DNA of 64,000 nucleotides from an uncultured Candidatus Cloacimonadota bacterium (lineage in GTDB: Bacteria; Cloacimonadota; Cloacimonadia; Cloacimonadales; JAJBBL01), in assembly GCA_964464175.1 (NCBI GenBank), contig CAYXFD010000013.1, positions 8,391-72,390 on the forward strand, written 5' to 3'. Shown piece by piece: positions 46,324-57,106 of this stretch (position 1 is its first letter; the number at the start of each line of letters is the position of its first letter). The position numbers were made by a program, and so were the translations under genes. Below the pieces are notes generated by a model that had not been told where the DNA came from, did no database searches, and saw only the letters and a list, made by a program, of their open reading frames with translations.

Positions 46324-47484
46324 ATGGATTATAGTGTTGGCAGTTGTAAAGTACTTATTATCGAAGATGGTAGGTTGTTTGCCGATTTTCTGAAGATGTT
46401 TTTGAAAAAAAAGGGTTATCAATCTCTAACTGCTGAGACTGGCAGAGAAGGGTTAAAAGAGTTTGACCGCTCTAATCCAGATTTAGTTCTTGTGGACATA
46501 TCCCTTCCTGATATCAATGGTCTGGAAGTTATAAAGAGAATCAGGAAGAAAGCCGAGTTCATTCCAATTATAGTTGTCACCGGAACCTCAGACATCAATA
46601 TAGCTATCGAAGCAGTCAGGTCAGGTGCCTGGGACTATATTTTAAAACCGGTAGATGATCTCAAGAAATTTGATAAGATAATTCAGAAAGCCCTTGATAA
46701 ATCCTATTATCAGAAAAAGGAGCAATATTACCGGGAGAGGTTAAAGCGGCATTCATTGGCGGCGAAAGAGATGCAGGAGAGTTTGTTTCCGCAGGAGAGG
46801 GAAGAGTGGAATGGCTATGTTTTAGGAAGGCATATCATCCCTTCCATCGATACAAGTGGTGATTTTATCGATTATTTCCTGATAGATTCAGAACATTTCG
46901 GCTTTTATATCGCTGATGTTGCAGGGCATGGAGTAGCTGCTGCTTTTTTAACGATCATCCTCAAGGGATTCTTTAATCTGTACCGGGAAAAATATAATCA
47001 GATGCAGGATAATACGGTTCTCAACCCTTCCAAAATATTAGAGTTGCTAAATAAAGAGCTATTACAGGAAAACTACCGCAGGCATATTACCCTGTTTTAT
47101 GGGGTGATCAATATGACAGAAAACCGGATTACTTTTTCCAATGCCGGGCTTTATCCTCTACCGATTATTTTCGATGGCGAGAAGAGTTGTTTTATTGAAC
47201 AAAAGGGCTTACCACTTGGTTTTGTTCAGCAAACAGATTATGAATCGGTAACCCAGGAGCTTCCTTCGGTTTTTTCACTGCTCTTTTTCTCCGATGGGGT
47301 TCTTGAGATTTATCAGACCGAAGACCCTGAAGAGCAGAAATCACAACTATTGAGTTATATCGATAGTTTGCGGGATGATGAAAAAGCCATTCTCGATAAA
47401 ATAAACCGCATCATAGTAAAGCATTACAGCAGAGAGATTCCCGATGATATTTCCTTCCTGCTGATAAGAAAACCGGAAGCCTAA
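46324..47484 (+). CDS. Response regulator receiver fused to PP2C/SpoIIE-type phosphatase (RsbU-like)
   Basis: The REC domain has VLIIEDGRLFADFL and DLVLVDISLPDINGLEV. The PP2C domain has SGDFIDYF...FYIADVAGHGVAAAFLT and FFSDGVLE. Confidence 0.85.
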   Translation: MDYSVGSCKVLIIEDGRLFADFLKMFLKKKGYQSLTAETGREGLKEFDRSNPDLVLVDISLPDINGLEVIKRIRKKAEFIPIIVVTGTSDINIAIEAVRSGAWDYILKPVDDLKKFDKIIQKALDKSYYQKKEQYYRERLKRHSLAAKEMQESLFPQEREEWNGYVLGRHIIPSIDTSGDFIDYFLIDSEHFGFYIADVAGHGVAAAFLTIILKGFFNLYREKYNQMQDNTVLNPSKILELLNKELLQENYRRHITLFYGVINMTENRITFSNAGLYPLPIIFDGEKSCFIEQKGLPLGFVQQTDYESVTQELPSVFSLLFFSDGVLEIYQTEDPEEQKSQLLSYIDSLRDDEKAILDKINRIIVKHYSREIPDDISFLLIRKPEA

Positions 47485-47601
47485 AGTCACAGATGAGCTG
47501 AGACTTATGTCTGGACTAACAGTTTAGATTTAACTAATTTGAGCTTTGTTTACAGATAGATATAATATCAAGATTGAAGTAGTAATGAGCTCAGAAATGA
47601 T

Positions 47602-47630
47602 TTGACAATAAAGGACTTCATACCTATAAA
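47602..47630 (+). promoter_or_regulatory. Sigma70-like promoter of the SNF2 helicase gene
   Basis: TTGACA (47602-47607) is followed by 17 nt and then TATAAA (47625-47630). It ends 31 nt upstream of ATG 47661. Confidence 0.6.
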
Positions 47631-47660
47631 TTTTCAATCAACCTTTCAAAGGTAGTATCT

Positions 47661-50600
47661 ATGGCGAGATTGTTCAGCAAAGAGTATCATGAATTATCCA
47701 ATACCTGGTATTTCAAGACCAAAATTTTTCCCTTCGAGAAAGGAGAACTAAGGTATCAGGCTGTGGAGGATGAAGAAGGAAATCTTTTAATCCGGTTTTT
47801 TGCTGCTGCTGAAAAGAAAAAATATCTGCCGGAAGACCTCATTATAGTTTATGATCCCAGGGAATTGAAGATTCTTGATCATAGCTGTTTGAATTGTTCA
47901 AAGGAAATTGGTTGTAATCATTACTTAACTGTGATTGACTATGCTTATAACTATATCTCAACTGAAATCCAAAAGGTTGAGGATACTGAGCCAATAATTG
48001 ACTCTGCCCTGAAGGTGGACAGTTCTCTTTCAGTTTTTAGTAAAAAGCTACTGGAATATTCTGCCTACTGGCAATTGCTGATAATCAATGGTAAGATTCA
48101 CATTGAAGGTATCTATAACAGGGATAATGACAAGATCCGGTTTTATTTTTCAGGTTATAAAGACATTGACCTGCGGTTAATTGCTATCAATAATCTTAAC
48201 AGAAGTTTTCCGGTGAGAACCATGGAATTGGGCAAACGGAATCAGATTAAATCAGGACAATCCGAGTCAGGGGAGATCAGTCTGATCCCTGAGCAAACAG
48301 CAGCTTTTAAAGATAGCGAGCTGGGCCTGTTATCTCTATTACAGAAAATTAAGTGCTCATACAGTAAAAAGCATAAGTACTATACGATCTACAAGAAGGA
48401 TTTTGTCAGTACTTTTCCGTACTTACAGGACTTGTCCTCAAAAGTGCTGATAAAAGAAACGGGGGAGAGGCTGATCTTCTCCGAAGATGATTATTCATTA
48501 TCGCTTCAGGTTCAAAGAGAGAACGAAGAAAATTATAGGATAAAGGCAGCCTCAGGTAGTTTTATTTCAGCCTTTTATTCAGGGAATGAGAGTTTCATCT
48601 TTATCGAAAATGTAGTCAACAGATTGCAGTTACCATTTTCTGATCGAATTCTTAAGCAAATATTAGAAGAGGGCTATCTGTTTCCTGAGGAAGATTTGAT
48701 TTTCTTTGCTTCCATAGCGGCAAAGCAGGCTGGAATGAGTAAATGCTATATCGACTTTGCTTCCGACATTGATCTTCCACCCCATTATACCTCTTCTCCC
48801 ACCGTTATTCTCAAGGTAGCTAAAGGTCATAATAAAGAAGAACAAGGAATGATTAGGCTTTACGGTGGTCTGATCTATCAAAGTGATACGATTTCACCTC
48901 AGGTTTTGTCTGAAGCAGGCAGTGAAACAGATGTACCGACCAGGGGTAAGGAGATCCCTTTAAGTTCAATCTTTTTTTCGACAGAATTGGTTTGCTTTAA
49001 GAGTGCCGCAAAAGTGAAAGAATGGTTCTACATACCCTATGATAAGAGGGTAGAGGTGCTGAATTTCCTCAATATTCTCCCCTATCCGGATGAAGATCTG
49101 ATGGCCGGTAAATCGGAGTATCTCTATAGTTCTGAAGAGAAAAAAGAGAGACTGAAAAAAGTCCTCTATGAGAATATCCCCGACGACTGGATATTGGAAC
49201 TGGATGATTCCCTAAAAAAGGAATTCGTGTATCGTATTGAATTGAAACCGGAAGTAACTATTAAGCCTACCGATAAGATAGACTGGTTTGAATATGAGGT
49301 TATATATAAGTATCAGGATTTGACTTTTAGCCATGAAGAGCTCCGGAAGTTTTTTGCTGCTAAGGAGAAATATCTTAAATTAGAGGATAACAGACTGGTC
49401 TATTTTACCGGAAAGAATAAGTTTTCTCAATTGGATAAATACTTATCTCATACCAGAAAGCAGTTAAAGAACAGAGATCTTATCTCCAATTATAATCTTT
49501 CTTATCTTTATATACTCTCAGAGCTGAACGAAGATATGAAGATCAGGGGTGATACTTATCTGAGTAAGATGTACAAGGAGTTATTGCGAAGGCATCCTGA
49601 GGACACCACTCCAATACCGAGAGCATTAGTCAATATCATGAGGAGTTATCAGAAGGCAGGGTTCTATTGGTTAAAGATGTTACAAAAGTATAAACTGGGT
49701 GGATTACTGGCTGATGATATGGGATTAGGAAAAACCCTCCAGTCTCTGGCAATTCTCTCTGACTATTATGAAAACTCTCATCCTGTAAGGAAGATATCCT
49801 TAGTCATTTGCCCCAAGACGCTTCTTTATAACTGGTCTATGGAGATCGAGAAGTTTCATCCGAATCTGACCTATACTATATATGAGGGGAATCCTAAAGA
49901 ACGCCTACCTCTGCTGGAAAACACTGAAAGTGATGTCATCATTGTTTCTTATTCGCTGATTCAAATGGATATAAATCATTTCATGCAGAGGAGTTATGCT
50001 TATGTCATTCTCGACGAGGCTCAACACATCAAAAATCCACTTACTCTTCGGAGTAAGGGTGTGAAAAAGCTTCAGGTTGACCACCGTCTTGCTTTGACCG
50101 GAACACCTATTGAAAATAGCCTGATTGATATCTGGTCGATATTTGATTTTCTTATGCCCGGGTATTTACTCTCTTTACGCTCTTTCCGCAAAGAATATAC
50201 AGAAGATGAAGAGACAGCTGAGAAGAAAAAAAAACGTCTTTCCGGAATTATCTCACCTTTTATCTTGAGGAGAAGGAAGAGTGAAGTGCTACTTGAACTC
50301 CCTGATAAGCAGGAACAGTATGTTTATAATAAAATGACCCCCTTACAGGAAAAGACCTATATAAAGATCCTGGCACTGGCAAAGGAGAGATTATTCTCAG
50401 AAAAAGAAGAGGAGATCAAATCCGATTATATAAACATCTTAACTGCTCTGATCAGACTAAGACAGACTTGTAACCATCCGGGATTAGTTGATAAAGAACT
50501 GGTAGCAAAAGAGAATATATCCGGAAAGATGGAGCTATTACGGGAACTGGTCCAGGATGCGGTAGAGAACGGCAGGAAGATACTTGTATTCAGTCAATTC

Positions 50601-51032
50601 GCGATGATGTTAAAACTTATAGCCGGAGAGTTGGATAAAATAGGTTTACTATATGAGTATATGGATGGAAAGACCAGCCACCGTCAGCAAAGGATAGAGC
50701 ACTTTACCAAGAATGAAAAGATCAGGGTTTTTCTTCTGACTTTAAAAGTAGGGGGGCTCGGTTTAAATCTGACAGCTGCCGACACGGTAATTATAGTTGA
50801 CCCTTGGTGGAATCCTATGAGTGAGAATCAATCGATTGACCGGGTTTACCGGATAGGACAGACAAAAAAAGTGCTTGTTTACAAAATCATTACTAAAGGA
50901 ACGGTCGAAGAAAAGATTCTCAAACTCCAGGAACAAAAGAGGCATGTTTTCAAGTCTGTCGTGGAGGGGAGTCAATCTCTGATCAAGAAAATGTCGATAG
51001 AGGATATTCGCAATCTCTTCGAATATGTTTGA
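47661..51032 (+). CDS. SNF2-family helicase/ATPase with long N-terminal region containing a SWIM-like zinc finger
   Basis: Helicase motifs are present: LADDMGLGKTLQSLA (I), VILDEAQHIKNP (II), LALTGTPIENSL (III) and DPWWNPMSENQSIDRVYRIGQTK (VI). The N-terminal HSCLNCSKEIGCNHYLTV is SWIM-like (C..C...CxH). Confidence 0.85.
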   Translation: MARLFSKEYHELSNTWYFKTKIFPFEKGELRYQAVEDEEGNLLIRFFAAAEKKKYLPEDLIIVYDPRELKILDHSCLNCSKEIGCNHYLTVIDYAYNYISTEIQKVEDTEPIIDSALKVDSSLSVFSKKLLEYSAYWQLLIINGKIHIEGIYNRDNDKIRFYFSGYKDIDLRLIAINNLNRSFPVRTMELGKRNQIKSGQSESGEISLIPEQTAAFKDSELGLLSLLQKIKCSYSKKHKYYTIYKKDFVSTFPYLQDLSSKVLIKETGERLIFSEDDYSLSLQVQRENEENYRIKAASGSFISAFYSGNESFIFIENVVNRLQLPFSDRILKQILEEGYLFPEEDLIFFASIAAKQAGMSKCYIDFASDIDLPPHYTSSPTVILKVAKGHNKEEQGMIRLYGGLIYQSDTISPQVLSEAGSETDVPTRGKEIPLSSIFFSTELVCFKSAAKVKEWFYIPYDKRVEVLNFLNILPYPDEDLMAGKSEYLYSSEEKKERLKKVLYENIPDDWILELDDSLKKEFVYRIELKPEVTIKPTDKIDWFEYEVIYKYQDLTFSHEELRKFFAAKEKYLKLEDNRLVYFTGKNKFSQLDKYLSHTRKQLKNRDLISNYNLSYLYILSELNEDMKIRGDTYLSKMYKELLRRHPEDTTPIPRALVNIMRSYQKAGFYWLKMLQKYKLGGLLADDMGLGKTLQSLAILSDYYENSHPVRKISLVICPKTLLYNWSMEIEKFHPNLTYTIYEGNPKERLPLLENTESDVIIVSYSLIQMDINHFMQRSYAYVILDEAQHIKNPLTLRSKGVKKLQVDHRLALTGTPIENSLIDIWSIFDFLMPGYLLSLRSFRKEYTEDEETAEKKKKRLSGIISPFILRRRKSEVLLELPDKQEQYVYNKMTPLQEKTYIKILALAKERLFSEKEEEIKSDYINILTALIRLRQTCNHPGLVDKELVAKENISGKMELLRELVQDAVENGRKILVFSQFAMMLKLIAGELDKIGLLYEYMDGKTSHRQQRIEHFTKNEKIRVFLLTLKVGGLGLNLTAADTVIIVDPWWNPMSENQSIDRVYRIGQTKKVLVYKIITKGTVEEKILKLQEQKRHVFKSVVEGSQSLIKKMSIEDIRNLFEYV

Positions 51033-51198
51033 TAATTTCTACCAAGAGGAAGTTTCTGCTGCAATTATTGTTACAGCTTATTCTTTGAATACCGGGCAAA
51101 TCATCCCGCTTAACAGAAGCTTACGAAGAAGGGAACTTTAATGACAATCCGAGGGCAGCTCCGAGTTTAGTATCAAACGGTTAAGCAGATAATGCTTG

Positions 51199-52890
51199 TC
51201 AAAATCTCCAAATAAGACCGGCACGGAACTGCAGAGGTTCTTCGGGTATCTGATTACATATAGTGTCCGGATTGACGATCAACGGTTCTGATAGTTCAAA
51301 CTTGCGATAAGGTTCTTGCAGAATGTTCTGGACACTAAGCTCTGCAGATAGGCTTTTTAGTATTCTTTTCCGCCCTGAAAATGAAAGAAGAGCGACATCA
51401 GGCATATCGTTACCGGTTAAGTTCTTTCTGCCAAAGATGTATTTCAGATCAGTGCGGAGAGTCAGCGAATCGGCAAACCAACCGAGGGTTGTTATGTTAT
51501 TCCATTCCGGGAGGAAGGGGATCTCATCACGTTTAGCAGTCAAGTTTCCGGATGATCCGGTAGTTTCCTTATAGAGATAATAATCAAAGTTATTACGGAA
51601 CTGCAAATGGTGATAAGAATAGCTAAAGGAGAAGGAAATCTGCTGCTCCAAAAGATCTATCATGTTCTGGGTGAAGAAGTATTGTGTATTTGAGTCATTA
51701 TAGAAGAGATAATCTTTATGCCATCTGATGTTATAGGAGAGAGATAAGGGAATAAAGCGGTCGTTTTCGAAAACAACAGAACCATTCAGGGGTGTTTTAA
51801 CAAGCCGTTTATTCACAGCAAGAAACTGATCGGGGTTTTCTGTTAAGAGGTTAAAGCGTGTTCTGGTATCAATTTGGGGATCGTTACTGATAATAAAGCG
51901 AATGAATCGGGACATTTCGAGTTTGCTGTGAAAACCAAGAGCTGGAAGAGCATAATAGCTGTCGGCGACAACATGAAGAGCCAGGTGATCAAGAAAAGAG
52001 AGATTATCTTTCCTTATAGCGGCGTTGAAGCCGAGAGTATTATTCTTTAGCAGCACGAATTCCAGGGGGAATGCAACTTCAAAATCATCGATAGGGAGAG
52101 TAATCCGGGTCTGAAGATCAACATCATCTGCCTTCTCTTTAACATTGGAGAGAGGTAAACTACTTTGCTCATAAGTAGTATATGCTGCTTTAAGAAAGAA
52201 ATCTCTGTAGGGGAGAAACAGGCGGGCAGAATCTTTTTGGGTCAGCGAAAAAGACAAACCTGTAATCTCAAGGTCGTATAGTTCTGAGGGGTCACCGATA
52301 AGCATGCCATGCTCTTTCTCGGTTTCAGTATAATTAGAATAGAAGAATTCTAAGGCCAGGAAGCTTCTCTGATACTCCGGAACCCAACAAATCCGGAAAG
52401 ACCGGGATAAGCGGTCTTCAATGATCTCATCGTATTTTAATTCTGTGAAGAATGCTAACCATTTATTCCGGAGAGAATGAAGACGGCCACGAAGATTAAG
52501 AAAGAGTTCGTTACCTCCGTGGAGTGATAGATAGCCGTTATCATCTTTGCTGCTTTTATGATGAACCTTTACCTGTTCAGGCGTCAGAAAGGGTTTATAC
52601 CGGAACGCCTCGAGTGTTGATAGATTCCAATAAGGCCGCAGTCTCTCTTCTAAGGAGATTGTGTCAATGAGCTTGTCTGTTTCACCAAAGATAATAACAT
52701 CAGGAAGTTCGATCTGCTCTTCGACAGTTTGTGCTCTTAAACAGGGGTTTATCAATACTGACAGGATGATCAGGAAGATATAGATTAATGAAATCCTGGC
52801 AATTGAATTGTTTGGAAACAAACCGATATCATAAGCTGTAACTACTGCTGAAGTTAGGGAGCTCGAGGAATTAGCGTTGTAGTTTCTCAT
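51199..52890 (-). CDS. Putative outer-membrane beta-barrel protein (hypothetical)
   Basis: It is rich in aromatic, alternating strands and ends LQFRAGLIWRF (terminal Phe). Its ATG lies 4 nt after the stop of the TPR gene, implying coupled translation. Confidence 0.5.
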   Translation of the reverse strand: MRNYNANSSSSLTSAVVTAYDIGLFPNNSIARISLIYIFLIILSVLINPCLRAQTVEEQIELPDVIIFGETDKLIDTISLEERLRPYWNLSTLEAFRYKPFLTPEQVKVHHKSSKDDNGYLSLHGGNELFLNLRGRLHSLRNKWLAFFTELKYDEIIEDRLSRSFRICWVPEYQRSFLALEFFYSNYTETEKEHGMLIGDPSELYDLEITGLSFSLTQKDSARLFLPYRDFFLKAAYTTYEQSSLPLSNVKEKADDVDLQTRITLPIDDFEVAFPLEFVLLKNNTLGFNAAIRKDNLSFLDHLALHVVADSYYALPALGFHSKLEMSRFIRFIISNDPQIDTRTRFNLLTENPDQFLAVNKRLVKTPLNGSVVFENDRFIPLSLSYNIRWHKDYLFYNDSNTQYFFTQNMIDLLEQQISFSFSYSYHHLQFRNNFDYYLYKETTGSSGNLTAKRDEIPFLPEWNNITTLGWFADSLTLRTDLKYIFGRKNLTGNDMPDVALLSFSGRKRILKSLSAELSVQNILQEPYRKFELSEPLIVNPDTICNQIPEEPLQFRAGLIWRF

Positions 52891-52893
52891 CTT

Positions 52894-55764
52894 CTAACCC
52901 TCCAGCAGAGCATTGATTTCTTCTCGTTGAGCAGGTGAAAGACTGTTCCTGATAGCATCATACAGCTTTCGGGCATTTTCTTTATCGTTTGTTTCGATAT
53001 AAGCCTGAATAGCAAGTAGCTCGGCCTCGAGCCTGACATCTTCTATCCTGGGATAGAGATATCTGACTCTTAACAGCTCCGGAATGGCAGCAGAGGGATT
53101 TCCGGTTTGGTAGAGATGAACACCTTTGTAGTATTGAGCTTTTGCTTTGATCGGTTCATAACTGCTTTGTAACAGAGTTTCTATAGTTCTCAGAGCACTG
53201 TCGTAATTTTCTTTCCGTAGATTCCATCTCACCAGTAACAACATTGCCTGTTCTTTTTCGACATTGCGGGCAAACTGAAGATATCTCTCATAGTTTCTGA
53301 GAAAGTTCTGATCATTAAGGGTAACTGAGAGAGTAAGAAACTCAAGCCAGATCTGGCTGTCATTTGTCAGTTGAACAGCCTGCTGCATCTTAGCCAGAGC
53401 TGCTGCTCTGTCCTCCCTGGCCAGTTCGAGTTTTGCCCAGGCGTAGAGTACTGCCGGATCAGATTTTTCGCTGTGCAAACTACTGAAGATCCTTTCTGCA
53501 TCATAGTATTGATTGAGCCGGGTATGAGAGATAGCCATCATTCTCCTGTATTCGAAGAGCTGAGGCTCGGAAGGGCTTAATTGCTGAATAAAACGAACGT
53601 TATTGATAACCTCGTTCCACTCTTCCTGAGAATAGTAATAACTTATCTTTCTGCCATAAAGCATAACAAGAAAATCATTCGGGCTTTCCGGAGTTATCGA
53701 TTCATTCAGGAGCTGGATAAAATCAACATCATCGCTTTGCAATGCTGACCATTCCAATCCGTTAAGACTGTTGACCAGGATCGAATGAGTCATATCAGGT
53801 ATAATCAATTCCCGGTACTTGAGAGCAGCCATCACATAATCTTTCAGATTATAATAGGAATCAGCAATATGCAGTCTGATCTGGTTTAGATTTCTCTCTT
53901 CGGGATAGTCTTCCACATATCGTTCATAAAAACTGATAGCTGTGCGATAATCCTCATTAGTGAAAGCTGCTGTTGCAGCCATAAGAAGATACTGCTTGTC
54001 CGGAGTTCTTTCATAGAGACTGTTGTAGAGTTTAGTTGCCTCCCGGTACTCTTTTAACTGATATAGGGTTCTTGCCTGCCGTAGAATGGAGTCTTCCCAT
54101 TGGCGGTCGTTAGTACTTCTTTTCGCTGCTTCGTCAAAATTCCTCAGAGCCTGGAGATAACTACGCTTAGCGAAATGAACATTCCCAGTAATGATGTGTT
54201 TCTCAAACAGAAATTCCGGTGTGTCCGGAACATTGCTCAGTTCGAGCAAAGCCTGGTCATAATCTCCCTGCAGGAAATTAATCTGGGCTAATCTCATCCT
54301 CAACAAGCCCTGATCTTCGAAAGCCGGAAGGGCAGCCTGATACTTACTAATTGCAATGTCATATTGCTGATTCTCTGTGAAGATCTCACCCTGATAGAAA
54401 TAAGCCATACTCAATCTGGAGGAACCAGGAAATTCGGTTATCAGCCGTTCAAACTGCACAAGAGCATTGGGATAATCAGCTCTTTCATAATGATAAAGAC
54501 CGGTTTTGAAGAGAGCTTCGTCAATGAAACTTCCCTGAGGATAGTCTGTAAGATACTCTTTGTACCATTTCATTGCTTCTTGCCGTTGCTGTAGTTGAAA
54601 ATATGATTCTGCAGTCAGAAAGCGGGCTTTTTCAGTAAACTCATTTGATATCCCTTTATTCAAAGCATTGGCAAAACCGGCAAGAGCATCAGAGAATCTA
54701 TCGGTGAGGAAATGATTCAAAGCCAATTGATAAAAAGCAGCTCCGGTAAAAGAGTGTTCGGGGTTTTCCCGGATAAACTGTTCGAGCATCTTATTGGCAG
54801 CATCTATATCGTTTCTTCCCTTCAATCCGGCAAGATAAAAATAGCTGTTTGATTTGATCTCGATATTAAGAGCATCCTTGCTCAACTTGGAAAAAAGAGG
54901 TTCAGCCCTGTCAAGATGACCGAGTTCCAGATAGCAGAGAGCTTTCAGATATTCGGCTCGTTCACGCTCATTTTCAATCAGTTGCAGAGTAGATAGAGCC
55001 TTTTCATAGTTGCCTGTTTCGTATTTAGCTTCACTGAGAATGAGTAGGTAGTCATCGTAGTATTGAGAAGAACTGGGGATGTAGTGATAAGCATAGCTGA
55101 GGATGGGTTGGAAATTATGTGACTTGAGAAGATAATTTAGATAAAGAACGATCATTCTGTAAAGGTTTTCCTCTTTTGTCTCCGCAGCGATGTAGTTATC
55201 AATAATCAGTTTAACTTCTTCAGCTCTTTCCAAAGCGAGCAGGGTCTCTGTTTTAGCAACCCGGATCAACCAATCCGCAGATAGCCGTTCGGCATTGTTC
55301 AAGTTATTGAGTGAAACGGGAAAGTTACCTCTTTGGAATTCGATCCGACCCAGAAAGTAGAAAGCTTTCCAGGCATTCTTATGCTGTTTGAATTCTCTCA
55401 GATAACGGGTGAAGATTTCGTAAGCCCTATCCGGCCGGTTAGTAAAGAAGTAGCATTGAGCCAGGCCTAGATAGACTTCAGGTCTTATTACCGGATCAGT
55501 TTCCGAATTGAATAGTTGTTCAAAAAGAGGTAATGATTCTGAGTAGTTTTTCTCATTCAGATTGATATTGGCTAACAGGAATCTTACATTGTCCAGCATC
55601 TCGCTGTCCGGATATTGTTTGATAAAGCTTCTGAGTTCGGTTTTGGCTAAAGAATAGTTTTGATCAGAATATAATCCCAAAGCAAAGCGAAAATCATCAA
55701 TCTCTCCCGAATAGATTAAGGTTGCTGCTAAAAGCAGGAAGATGAAAGGTAGTTTTTTCTTCAT
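52894..55764 (-). CDS. Large tetratricopeptide-repeat (TPR) protein, secreted/periplasmic
   Basis: It has a signal peptide (MKKKLPFIFLLLAATLIYS). Dozens of 34-residue A/Y/L-patterned repeats occur, for example YSLAKTELRSFIKQYPDS, YEKALSTLQLI and YDQALLELSNV. Confidence 0.8.
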   Translation of the reverse strand: MKKKLPFIFLLLAATLIYSGEIDDFRFALGLYSDQNYSLAKTELRSFIKQYPDSEMLDNVRFLLANINLNEKNYSESLPLFEQLFNSETDPVIRPEVYLGLAQCYFFTNRPDRAYEIFTRYLREFKQHKNAWKAFYFLGRIEFQRGNFPVSLNNLNNAERLSADWLIRVAKTETLLALERAEEVKLIIDNYIAAETKEENLYRMIVLYLNYLLKSHNFQPILSYAYHYIPSSSQYYDDYLLILSEAKYETGNYEKALSTLQLIENERERAEYLKALCYLELGHLDRAEPLFSKLSKDALNIEIKSNSYFYLAGLKGRNDIDAANKMLEQFIRENPEHSFTGAAFYQLALNHFLTDRFSDALAGFANALNKGISNEFTEKARFLTAESYFQLQQRQEAMKWYKEYLTDYPQGSFIDEALFKTGLYHYERADYPNALVQFERLITEFPGSSRLSMAYFYQGEIFTENQQYDIAISKYQAALPAFEDQGLLRMRLAQINFLQGDYDQALLELSNVPDTPEFLFEKHIITGNVHFAKRSYLQALRNFDEAAKRSTNDRQWEDSILRQARTLYQLKEYREATKLYNSLYERTPDKQYLLMAATAAFTNEDYRTAISFYERYVEDYPEERNLNQIRLHIADSYYNLKDYVMAALKYRELIIPDMTHSILVNSLNGLEWSALQSDDVDFIQLLNESITPESPNDFLVMLYGRKISYYYSQEEWNEVINNVRFIQQLSPSEPQLFEYRRMMAISHTRLNQYYDAERIFSSLHSEKSDPAVLYAWAKLELAREDRAAALAKMQQAVQLTNDSQIWLEFLTLSVTLNDQNFLRNYERYLQFARNVEKEQAMLLLVRWNLRKENYDSALRTIETLLQSSYEPIKAKAQYYKGVHLYQTGNPSAAIPELLRVRYLYPRIEDVRLEAELLAIQAYIETNDKENARKLYDAIRNSLSPAQREEINALLEG

Positions 55765-55893
55765 TAAATCCTCTTATCTTGTTTCCTAAAAAAAATTACT
55801 CGAAATTCTGACAGATCATTGCTGTTTTCGATATCAGACAATCAGTCCCGTCTGGTAGAGATAACCCTATAACTATTAGGTTTGTTACTCTTT

Positions 55894-56838
55894 TCATCCC
55901 GATATTTTTACTAATCCTCTTCGATTTATAAACCTGGTAACTTCTTCCTTCGTGATAGATTTATCGTAAAGTAAAACTTTTTCCCTTAACCGGAAATCCA
56001 GAAGCAGCTCATAAAATGGTCGATAATCAGTAATGATACCGTTTGCTTTAAGTGAATACTGCAAAATTTCCAGCAGGTCTAATCTCGAAACACTATTGCT
56101 TTTCTCAACTGCAGGCTGCCTCTGTGCTGAGTTCTTATCGGTTATTGGTGGTAAACTCTCCCGGGGAGAGTCATTATCTGCTGCAGCAGAACGAATTACC
56201 GTTAGGCAGCTTTTTTTGGAGAAATTAGTCGTTCTGATAGTCAGGTAACTGCAAGGAGGATTAAGTTTTTTTACTATGGAAGATATCCTGAATCGACTCA
56301 GTACGGTATTAAAATCGAAGATAAACCTTAGTTCCAATTCAATATCATTTTTTATTCTGGAAGGATGAGCAGTGAGCGATGAAATATCGATATTTTCTTG
56401 CTTCCCCGTATGAGGCAGCTTCAATAAAGCAGCTATCTGTTGGCATAACTCCAAAGGAGAACTCGGAAAGGGAAGCAAACGGACGTTTACTCTCTTGCCG
56501 TATCCGGCCACGGCATCCGCTCCTTTCATTAATGCCATTTTTTGAGCTTTTTTGTCTTCGGACAACAAAAGCAAAAGATCAGTCTGTTTGTCAGCAGACA
56601 TCTTATCAAAAGCTGAAACTCTTATCTTTGGTTCTGTAACGATTTCCTTAAAAAGCCTGTACTGGAAATCAGGATAATAGAAACAGAGTGCTTGAAAGTC
56701 AGCTGACCAGGCATTGAGAAACTCGGTCAAACGGAAACTTTGATGGAAATCAGAAGGAAATACAACAGCAATATCTCTCTTATCCGTAAAGATTTTGGAA
56801 AAGGATATACTTCCGGTTCGTTGTGCTAAAAGGTTCAT
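55894..56838 (-). CDS. Hypothetical protein (314 aa)
   Basis: This is an intact ORF, co-oriented between the kinase fusion and the TPR gene. No recognisable motif. Confidence 0.5.
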   Translation of the reverse strand: MNLLAQRTGSISFSKIFTDKRDIAVVFPSDFHQSFRLTEFLNAWSADFQALCFYYPDFQYRLFKEIVTEPKIRVSAFDKMSADKQTDLLLLLSEDKKAQKMALMKGADAVAGYGKRVNVRLLPFPSSPLELCQQIAALLKLPHTGKQENIDISSLTAHPSRIKNDIELELRFIFDFNTVLSRFRISSIVKKLNPPCSYLTIRTTNFSKKSCLTVIRSAAADNDSPRESLPPITDKNSAQRQPAVEKSNSVSRLDLLEILQYSLKANGIITDYRPFYELLLDFRLREKVLLYDKSITKEEVTRFINRRGLVKISG

Positions 56839-57106
56839 ATCTATTCGAATCTCTCTTGGTTAGTTATGTTTTGCTTTCTTGTTTTCTTATTAGTTGAAAG
56901 CTTCATAGTTATGTATCAAGGGCAAGAATACTATTTGCAAGACAAACCTGGCTGAAATGAGGAATGAAATTGCCGGTATGATAACAGCCGAAGCTGTTGG
57001 TTATTGACAGCCTGATTTTTGCCAAAAAGACTATCATTTGTTCTAATCCGGTTTTAGTCATATAGTACTTAAGCCCCAAGTTAAGGGTCTCATAATCCTT
57101 TTTTTC

